A stretch of 9,414 nucleotides of DNA from Azolla caroliniana (GCA_043228905.1 JBHGNT010001362.1:1-9414), one strand, 5' to 3'. Counted from the first letter of the stretch, positions 1 through 7,889 are shown. Numbers and translations: made by a program. Notes: generated by a model not told the origin, from the letters alone.

Positions 1-605
1 ACGTGTAAAAAAAAGGGGCGGGACCACGGGGGTCTTGGACCGAGGAGCGAAAGAGAGAGAGAGAGAGAGAGAGATTCACCGACACGTAGAAGCGAGGAAG
101 AGAGAGATAGAATCGTAACACTTAATTATAATGACAAGAGATTACAATCCCCGACAGTTACAACCGACAAGGCGGTGACGGACCCGACACGGGGCCCTAC
201 TCACGCACACCGACGACAGTCACACGGCTCCAAGAAACAAAAGGGGAAAGGGAGCGACTCTGCTGGAAGCACACGGGCTGTCCACGAAGCAGAGGCAGCG
301 ACCTCCCGACACCCTCAGAGAGCGACGATTCGAGTAGCAAAGAGAGCTCGGCCCCCGTTTTGCAGCAGCGCTTCCCCTTTTCCAACACGCGATACGTTTT
401 CTCTTGTCCTCCTCCCTTTTATTCCATGTCCCCTTGACAGGGATACGCACAATCCCCCTTTTAATCGTGTGCCTCCTAGTATTTTTCACCCACCGATCCC
501 TTTATGAATCAGGTACAAAACATCAAGTCACGCATCCATCCGTGTAAGAGCCGGTTCATGCGCTTTCTTCTCCGATTCCGCCTATGGCCGGTTTTCTTCA
601 CGACA
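1..605 (-). repeat. 3' LTR of element A (about 625 bp; about 20 nt lie before the window start)
   Basis: Position 1 aligns to 6362, 20 nt into the copy that starts TGTCGCG at 6342. It ends ...CACGACA at 605 (TGTCG/CGACA terminal inverted repeat), directly abutting the PPT. The same boundary recurs at 7326. Confidence 0.92.
53..74. repeat. (GA)11 microsatellite within LTR A
   Basis: Perfect GA run. The other LTR copy has an interrupted version 2 nt longer (about 6411-6438). Confidence 0.9.
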
Positions 606-617
606 TCCACCCCCACC
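606..617 (-). promoter_or_regulatory. Polypurine tract of element A (GGTGGGGGTGGA)
   Basis: G-rich tract on the minus strand immediately 5' of the TGTCGTG LTR start; nearly identical tract at 7327-7338. Confidence 0.85.
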
Positions 618-674
618 AAACCGCGCATCCACCGGCATGCGCCAGAGATGGGTAGATACCGAAGAAAACCGGCC

Positions 675-2130
675 TCACTCGTTGCTCTCCGATTCTCCGC
701 CAGGCCCGAATTGATCGTCGTCGTCACTCCCGCTCGCAGGCTCCGGCTCGTCTTTGAACCGCTTTTTGAACGCTTTGATACGCTTCCCGGCGACCGGCAC
801 CACTAACCGTGTCCCGTCGAGTTCCGCGAGGTGGTATGTGCCGTTGTCGTTCGCGCTCGTCACCATGTAGGGCCCGAACCACCTCCTGGCAAACTTTTGC
901 ACCGCGTTGTGCTGATTGTCAAGGCTGTTGTCGTATACCAAGACCCAGTCGCCTTCCTCGATCTTCTTTGGTCGTAACCTATGCATCCGGTTGAACCGGG
1001 TCTTGTTCCGCTCCCTTGCCGCTCGTAGCTTTTCCTTCGTCTGTATCACGTCCTCTGGCCTTCGCTCGAGTTGCCGAATCCGCGCCGCCAGCAACTCCTC
1101 CCGGCTCATTTCGTCCTTCAAATCTACTGCCGCCCACGAAGAAATCGTCCGTTCCACCGGCATGATCGGCTTCTGTCCGTACATCAGCTCTGCCGGCATA
1201 AACCCCTGTTACCGAACTGTGTGTAGTTCGGGCCGCCCATAGTGCGTAAGGAAGGAGCCGCGGCCAATTCCCGACCTGCCCTTCGCATGCACGCACCAAC
1301 GCTTTTACGATAGGCCCGTGCCCACATTCTACCTTTCCGTTCGCCTCCGGATTGTACGCCATAGTGAGGGAGAGTTTGACGCCTAGCCGGTCGAACAACT
1401 CCTCAGCTTCCCGCGCATCCAGCTCTCCTCGGACCGCCACGATCCTCCCGACGCACCCGTACCGACACATTACTTCTTCTATCAGGAACCGGCATACCGC
1501 CGCGGTTGTCTTGCTTTGCGGTGCACGGCCTTCCACCTGGTTCGTTAAGTCCTCCGGGGCAAGCGCCAGGTATCACATCTGTCCTACCCCCATCGACATC
1601 GTCACCAAGTCCATCATCCACTTGAAATGGACCGTAGGCGGGTAGGTCGGGTGTAGCTCGTCCCGGTGTCGCACTACGGAGTGCACCTGATAGCTTTCGC
1701 AAGTCGTTACGAACCGATGCGCGTCCTGGTATAGCCCCGGCCACCAGTACTTCTCCTTCAGCTTCTCGAACGTGGCCCACGTTCCGCGGTGTCCGGCCCA
1801 TGGGCTCTCGTGGAATGCCGCCAGTAGTTTCCCCTGTTCTTCTTTCTTTGCCACTACTCGGAGTGGGATGCCGCTTCTCTTCTTTGGGTGCCTCCATATG
1901 CACCCGTCCCGTAGGAAGAATCGGTACGCCCTCCTCCGTATCCGGCTCGCCACCTCTCTTGCCCATGCTGCGTTCGGCGTCATCATCCGTAGGAACCTCC
2001 TCATTTGGGGCCACTCCCCATCGTACCTGCTTTCGTCAAATTCGTTAAGCGCCGGAGTGTTCCCTTTCCTCGTCGTTACGTTAGCCGACCCGAAAAAGTC
2101 CTCGCCGACTTCTTCTTCATCTGAAACCAT
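675..2130 (-). pseudogene. pol: pol: integrase (H2C2 zinc domain, DDE core, GPY/F motif), disrupted
   Basis: HESPWAGH...YWWPGL...TTCESYQ (last Cys now Tyr); WMMDLV; IVAVRGE (expected catalytic Asp now Val, 1434-1432); YNPEANGKVE; RWFGPYMV (875-867). In-frame TGA at 1573-1575, 1-nt frameshift near 1205. No chromodomain. Confidence 0.93.
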
Positions 2131-4169
2131 GCCATGCCGTCTTCGTCGTTGAACCTTGCTCTCGAAAGCATGTCGGCCATGGCGTTGTCCTTTCCGGAGA
2201 TGTGTCGTATCTCCGTGTTCAGGGACTTAATGTACACTATCCACTGGAGCATTGCTAGGTCCGGTGTGGCGCATCCGGAAACCATGGCGAGTATCGGCAG
2301 GCAGTCCGTCTCGATGATCAACTTCGTCCCGATCAGATAATCCTTGTTGGCCTTGACTGCCGAAACGACACCCCAAAGCTCGCGCTTAACTTGGGCATAC
2401 CCTCGTTGCCGCTCACTCAATACCTTCGCCCCAAACCCGATCGGGAATCGTACGTCGTCCTTGTCCTCCTGACTGATTACCCACCCGATCCCGGTCGGGC
2501 TGGTGTCCACCGTCACGTAGATGGGAACATCCTTGCCGTAAACTGCTTTACGGAGAGCCGGCGCTGCCGCAAGCGCCTCCTTTAATCTCCGAACCGACTC
2601 CGTGTGCTCTGTCCTCCACTCAAAGCTACGCCCCCTTTTCAATAGTCCGTAGAGGGGTTTCGCGACATGTGCGTAGTGCGGGATCCAGATGTGGTAGAAC
2701 GTGCATGCCCCCAAGAATCTGCAGACCTCCGTGACCGACCTGCAATCGTTCCTCATCGCGGAGATGGCCTCTACCTTTGCCGGAGACGGTTTTCTACCGT
2801 AGGGCCCGCACAGGTGTCCGACCACCAAGATCTCCGACTGTCTCAAGGCCGACTTTTCCCCGGAGAAGGTGAGCCTCGCGCCTTCTAGTCTCTGGAGCAC
2901 CTTCTCGCAGTCATCGATGTGAGTCGCCGCGAAATTTCGACATCCGTCCGGCCCGACTGCCTCGTCCCTTTCCTCCACCGGGCATCCCCTGATCGGGATG
3001 TCGTCTAAGAATGGCATGGTGATGTCCGGGATACAGTCCCTGAGCACCTTGTTCATCGCGTTCACCATGTGAGCCACTGAGTTCGTCCCTCCTTGTGGTA
3101 GGGTACACATCCACACTAGGCCGAGAGGAGTCCGCATCGTCGTAATGTCTCGGCTCTCCACGGCTAGTTGGAACTGATCATACCCCAAGTACAGATCATC
3201 GACAGAGTAAATCGACCTTCTGGCGAAGGCCTCCGCGAACTCGTCTATGGCCGGTCCGATTCTTGCGTTACGGATGGTCACCTTGTTGACCGGTTGCAGG
3301 TCCTGAATGAAGCGTAGCGTGCCGTTCTTCTTCAGCGCCGTAAACCACCAATTCGAATACCGGGCACTCGACGGTTCGAGGATGCCCATCTCCACCTTTT
3401 GCTTTAGGAGCTCCATCAACTTCGGGATGTGAGCTCTTGGCACCGGAATCGGCTTGAGAATTCCAAGGTACATGCGGTACCATGAAGATCACCATCGGTT
3501 TGACAACTGTCGGGTCTATGCACCCGATCTCCTCCGGTGAGAATGTGAAAGCCTTCCCGTGCCTCCCGAGCATTCTCCGAAACTGGTCCTCCTCCACCGG
3601 CAGTAGGAAGTCGCCCCCACCGACCTTGACCTCCCGTAGCATTATGTCGGTGAACCGGTGCCCTATGCCAGCCGGATTTCGTAAACTTAGGTCCAACGCG
3701 ACCCCTTTTATCCGCTCCTCGCTGCCCTCCGGCAAGGGTGCTGCGATTGGCCTCACCTTCTGGTCCACAGTCTTGTATTTCGTATCCACGCGGGCCGTCC
3801 AATCCGACCCGATCCTTTCCCCGAAGTCCGCGATGACTTCGTACATTCCCATGGACCCTACCGGAACGGTCCGGTCTTCCCAAGGTCTTCACCGATAACC
3901 TTTCGCAGTTCGCCCAAGGTGTCGTCAAAAGAGACCGCCTCCACGGCGCCGCTGATGTCTTCGTCGAGGAAGAGGACTCCGCATCCCTTGAGCCGCTCCT
4001 CCGCTCGCTTCCTCTCCTGGCTGCTGACGCCGGTTATAGTACAACCTCCGTTGTCGGAGAACCAAAACTTCCTACCCATGGTACTAGTCTTCTTTCGTAC
4101 TGTACATTTGTGGGGTTGTTCCCGGGTGTCCGGACTATCGCGGCCCCATGCCTTGATAGCCCTCTCTAA
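2131..4169 (-). pseudogene. pol: pol: N-terminal linker, reverse transcriptase and RNase H, disrupted
   Basis: KKNGTLRFIQDLQPVNK, DLYLGYDQ, LPQGGTNS, FLDD (3011-3000); RNase H VDTS...KRELWGVV...ETDC...NAMADMLSR. Frameshifts at about 3860-3888 (1-nt loss), about 3460 (1-nt gain; rejoins PHVPWN-LKPIP) and 2127-2136 (5-nt duplication). Confidence 0.95.
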
Positions 4170-4175
4170 AAATCC
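4111..4175 (-). promoter_or_regulatory. Candidate -1 programmed ribosomal frameshift signal (G GAU UUU UAG plus stem-loop/pseudoknot)
   Basis: Heptamer 4175-4169 sits directly before the gag-pro stop; the -1 frame is then open for 103 codons. Stem GGGCUAUC (4162-4155)/GAUAGUCC (4139-4132); loop UGGGG (4148-4144) is complementary to CCCCA (4115-4111). Confidence 0.7.
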
Positions 4176-6297
4176 CCTCGGGTTTCGCTGCCGAGGGCCT
4201 CGCAGTTACGCTCGTGGTTTGGTCGCACCGTTAGGAGCTGGACCGAGTGATGCCCGTCCTGGCTCTTGACTCTCGCATAGGCTGAACCGTTGTCCAGCAC
4301 CTTGGTCTCCATCCGTGCTACCGTGATATATGGCTCTCCTAGTATAACCGGATGCGAGGACGTCTCCTGCACGAAGAAATGTTGGTCGATCTCGACATCG
4401 CCGATTTTCACCCGTACGTTCGGACAGGCCCCATGTAGTTCTTCTGTGGCGCACGTCGCTGCTCGTATCTTCCAGCCATGCTTGGTGTTGATCGGCCATT
4501 TACCCTTCTTGTAGAAATCCATGCACATCAGGTTGATTTCGGATCCATGGTCTACCAACGCCACCACTGGTTCCAGAACGTTGTCGATCCGTACAGGGGT
4601 TTCCGTAATCGTCCTGGCCCAATGCGGCTTCGTGTAGTGGCTTCCCGCCAGCTCGTCTTCCAGGGCTCCGTCTTCCAGGTGCGTGGTCCGCACTTCCACC
4701 GGCTTCTCCAGTTCCGGCTCCGTCGAGAGCCTCTTCCGCTTCACCAAGTCTACGATAGAGTCGTGGAACTCCCTCTTGGCGATTCCCAGCACCTCCCGCA
4801 ACGACAGCTCCGCTTTACTGTCGAGGATTCGCTCTTCAAGGACCTTCCGTAGGTCCGTTGCTCTCTCGATTTCGGTGCTCAACCGAAACCCCGCCTGCTT
4901 CTTCCCATCCAGCATGCCTGGGTTGCCGGCACCGGTCGGTTTCGGTCCGAACCGGGTCTCATACCTCGGGGGCCCAACCCCTCCGGCCTTTCCTGCCCGT
5001 TTGTCCTCCACCAAAACTTCGTAGTTCTGGCAAGCGGCTTCTACGAGGCCCGTTTTCTCTTCGACCGGGTCATCCCAACCAGTGACCTCCTGGACCTGCT
5101 GTTCCGCGCGGTCCGCCTCTTCCTTCCTCAGCCGAAATCCGGAGAGGCCTTCTAGCACTAGCGGCTAGAATCCGGAGTCCTTCACCTTCCAGGTCTCATC
5201 ACCACCGACCCGAATTCCCGCCGACACTGAGTAGTTAACGGCTTCGACGTGCCGTGCCGCGGCCTCTTCCATCAACCTCTTCATTCCGTCACGCCTCGTA
5301 TTCAGTTCTAGGGCTCTCCGGGTCTCGCTCGCGTGCACCCGCCCGTTCCAGAGGTACACCACGTTGGTCCTAAGCGCGTCGGCGAAATCTGCGCAATCCT
5401 TCCGAATGTGACCGATCGTGTCACACCACATGCACCGTTGCCCAGCCGGCGGCCTCCGGTCGCGAGGTTGTTCGCCGTTGTCTCTCCGGGCCTGCGCGAT
5501 CTACAGGTCACACACCATCTGTGTTAGCTCCTCTAGAGCCGCTCCTCCGGATGGGCCTCTGACCACGTCGTTCGATGCCGACCCCAACTCCGTCCAGATT
5601 CGGGTCTCTTCCTTCCTCCCTGCCGGCACTGAAACCGGCTCTTCGAGCCTCCTCCCCGGGACCGGCCCCGACCCCGACGTGCTTCCATCGCTCCAATCGC
5701 GTCGTTTGTCAAAACGGCTGCAGACCCGTTTTACCACGGCCCAGTCCGTCGTGACCCCTTCGTCTGTTTCCAATAGGGGACCCACCTTTTCCCTATCGAG
5801 CGCATCCAACGACTTGACAAACAGCAATGCTCGACTTGTTTCGAGCACCTCCGGTCCAGCGTCGACAGCCGCGTGAACCGTTTTTCGAACTCTTGGAGGA
5901 GCACCGACGTGTTCCTCCCTTTTCCGAGGCTTTCCACCTATGCCATGAAGTCCCGCCTCGATAGCTGGAGCGAGTCATCAAACCCGTACTTCTCGAGCAA
6001 CTGCAGCTCGAACTCCTCCCAAGTCTGGCATCCGGCCAGCATCTCGAGCACCTCCGCATGGATGCCCGACGTCACCACCCGAGGGAATCCGGACAGCCGC
6101 CTGTCCACCGGGATATCCCTCATGATCATTTTGGCCCAGTAAGCCTCCAAATAACTTGTGGCGTCTTTCCCTCCGAAATGGCCTATAGAGCCGACGATCG
6201 ATTCAATGGCCCTGTCGAGGGTACCCGTTCCCTCACGAGCGCTCACCAGCCGGTCGACGGCCACCGCCATTGCCTCTGCTAGCTCCGATCCCCTCAT
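4166..6297 (-). pseudogene. gag: gag-protease ORF, disrupted
   Basis: First ATG at 6297, just after the PBS. Capsid-like TWEEFELQLLEKY, CCHC knuckle, aspartic protease ALVDHGSEINLM (Asp 4552-4550) ...VILGEPY. In-frame TAGs at 5938, 5501 and 5165, and a frameshift near 5850. Confidence 0.9.
5393..5434 (-). other. Gag nucleocapsid zinc knuckle CX2CX4HX4C
   Basis: Translates CMWCDTIGHIRKDC; the first Cys codon (5434-5432) precedes the ORF-track start at 5431. Confidence 0.92.
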
Positions 6298-6319
6298 CTT
6301 TCGACTCCTTTGCCGCCCT

Positions 6320-6337
6320 TTCACGTCGGGTTCACCA
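6320..6337 (-). promoter_or_regulatory. Primer binding site complementary to tRNA-Trp 3' end
   Basis: Minus strand TGGTGAACCCGACGTGAA, 4 nt from the LTR end. The plus strand TTCACGTCGGGTTCACCA matches, from recall, the last 18 nt of plant cytosolic tRNA-Trp including CCA. Confidence 0.88.
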
Positions 6338-6341
6338 AAGA

Positions 6342-6640
6342 TGTCGCGTTGTTACGCGTGTACGTGTAAAAAAAAGGGGGCGGGACCACGGGGGTCTTGG
6401 ACCGAGGAGTGAAAGAGAGAGAGAGACAGAGAAAGAGATTCACCAAAACGTAGAAGCGAGGAAGAGAGAGATAGAATCGTAACACTTAATTATAATGACA
6501 AGAGATTACAATCCCCGACAGTTACAACCGACAAGGCGGCGACGGACCCGACACGGGGCCCTACTCACGCACACCGACGACAGTCACACGGCTCCAAGAA
6601 ACAAAAGGGGAAAGGGAGCGACTTTGCTGGAAGCACACGG
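6342..6640 (-). repeat. 5' LTR of element A, truncated (R/U5-side 299 bp only)
   Basis: Starts TGTCGCG next to the PBS; about 97% identical to 1-276; homology stops abruptly at AAGCACACGG (6640). Confidence 0.93.
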
Positions 6641-6858
6641 TGTCGCGTTGTTACGCGCGTGCGTGGAGAAGGGCGGAACCACGGGGGTCTCGGACTAAGG
6701 AGAAGGGGAGAAGGAATAGGACTTCGGAATGGAGCTTAGCACAAGAAGAGAAAGAATGAACAAGAGGAAGACGGAGGCCAAATGCTCAACAAGATATATT
6801 AGAACCGAAAACCGATTACAAAATGGCGGCCGCGTAGGCCGCACCGAACGACTATGAT

Positions 6859-6920
6859 AAACCCGAAACCCTAATCCGGCGAAGAAGAAAAGAAACCCTA
6901 AACGAAACCCTAACCCTAAA
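6859..6920. repeat. Cluster of telobox/telomere-like motifs (AAACCCTA)
   Basis: AAACCCTAA at 6866, 6893 and 6905; AACCCTAAA at 6912; degenerate AAACCCG at 6859. Confidence 0.8.
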
Positions 6921-6985
6921 ACGAAATGGTATACCTCACTCACACTCAAAAATAAGGCAACCCCCACAATGGTGCTCTTCCTCTC

Positions 6986-6993
6986 CTTTTATA
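6986..6993 (-). promoter_or_regulatory. Putative TATA box of LTR B (TATAAAAG)
   Basis: Canonical TATAAAAG on the element's sense strand, mid-LTR. LTR A has AATAAAAG in similar context at 416-423. Confidence 0.6.
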
Positions 6994-7326
6994 GCACAAG
7001 GAGAGAAGACCGTTTACAAAAGGGTGCTACAAAATATCCCCTTTCAATCAATGGGGATATTTCCCTTGATTTTAGGGGAGGTGGGAAGGATGGGTCTTAA
7101 CTCCCATCTTTACACGAACTACTATGTACCTAGCTCTCTCTCTCACGTGGATGTGCGCGCAAAAGCACATCACCTTTACACTTTACAAATCCTAAGGTGC
7201 ATTTCTAGCACCACACTTATCACTATCGACAAATAGAAATACAACATCTTGATGTGCAACGTGGCACATCGCGGGTTTGCTTGCTTCGCTCGGGTTTTCC
7301 GCCTATGGACGAAAATCTTCACGACA

Positions 7327-7338
7327 TCCGCCCCCACC
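7327..7338 (-). promoter_or_regulatory. Polypurine tract of element B (GGTGGGGGCGGA)
   Basis: Abuts LTR B; 11/12 identical to the PPT of A. Confidence 0.85.
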
Positions 7339-7889
7339 TAACCGCACATCCACCGGTATGTGCCAAAAGGGGAACAAAACGCGAGATTTTCGGCCAAGGC
7401 GGCCAACCGAGCCCTTGACAACCTCGTGGGCTTGCCCGGCTTCGTCTTCCACTTCGAGCAAGTCCACCCCGTCCACACGAACCACCGTCGCCTTCCGGCC
7501 CACCATCTTCGTCGAATGGTCTCGAACCGTCGGCCCCATCCGATCCGCCACACTCGACGATGCTCGCCGAGTCGTTGCCTCCACCGGATCCGCCACGTCC
7601 ACCGTGTTTCCTCGAACCACCGTCTACATCCGGACCGCCGTTTCCGATGCCCGCGCTTTCTTCCCCGATCGGTCCTCCCGAACGCCGTTGCCGACCCGGT
7701 TGCTCTTCTTTTGTCCACCTCGCATATCCTCCGGATCTGCCTTTTTCGTGCCACGCACCTCGTCGTGCCGACTCTTCTCGCTCCGCGCTTGCCTTCCGTA
7801 GGCTTTCCCCGTACGTCGGTGTTGTCCTCCGAATGCGTGCTCGTGCTTCGGTCCTTCGATGACCCCATCACGCATTTTTCGCCTTCCCT

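Larger units (their letters stand above)
1..6640 (-). mobile_element. Ty3/Gypsy LTR retrotransposon (element A), non-chromovirus type, degenerate, 5' LTR interrupted
   Basis: Direct repeat 1-276 vs 6362-6640 flanks minus-strand gag(CCHC)-PR-RT-RH-INT in Gypsy order. PBS at 6320-6337 and PPT at 606-617 sit in the expected positions. Confidence 0.97.
6641..7326 (-). repeat. 3' LTR of element B (686 bp)
   Basis: TGTCG...CGACA termini. About 60 nt at the left and 30 nt at the right align to LTR A, while the middle is largely unalignable. Followed by a PPT. Confidence 0.9.

Noticed and set aside
175-806. Plus-strand ORFs 175-507 and 504-806 and minus ORFs inside LTR A
   Set aside because: They lie in LTR/PPT sequence, show no domains and are short enough to be chance.
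675-870. Chromodomain at the integrase C-terminus
   Set aside because: After GPY and the SH3-like tail there is only a short acidic stretch, with no aromatic-cage motif such as YLVKW.
4034-4168. Stop-codon readthrough of the gag-pro TAG
   Set aside because: The zero frame closes at TAA 4036-4034 after 43 codons, whereas the -1 frame is open and follows a slippery heptamer.
6320-6337. tRNA-Trp gene
   Set aside because: Only the 3' 18 nt with encoded CCA match; there is no cloverleaf, and the position next to the LTR identifies it as a PBS.
809-6482. Many plus-strand and alternative-frame ORFs over gag-pol
   Set aside because: Shadows of the GC-rich gag-pol frame; all recognisable motifs fall in the reconstructed minus-strand path.
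6859-6920. True telomere or interstitial telomeric array
   Set aside because: Only four spaced, imperfect units, internal to an LTR.
6695-6967. Hydrophobic 90-aa ORF (LGLGFRLGF...) as a membrane protein
   Set aside because: It is the translation of telobox motifs and T-rich LTR sequence.
6641-7326. Tandem third copy or solo LTR of element A
   Set aside because: The middle does not align to LTR A, and it is followed by its own PPT and internal sequence.
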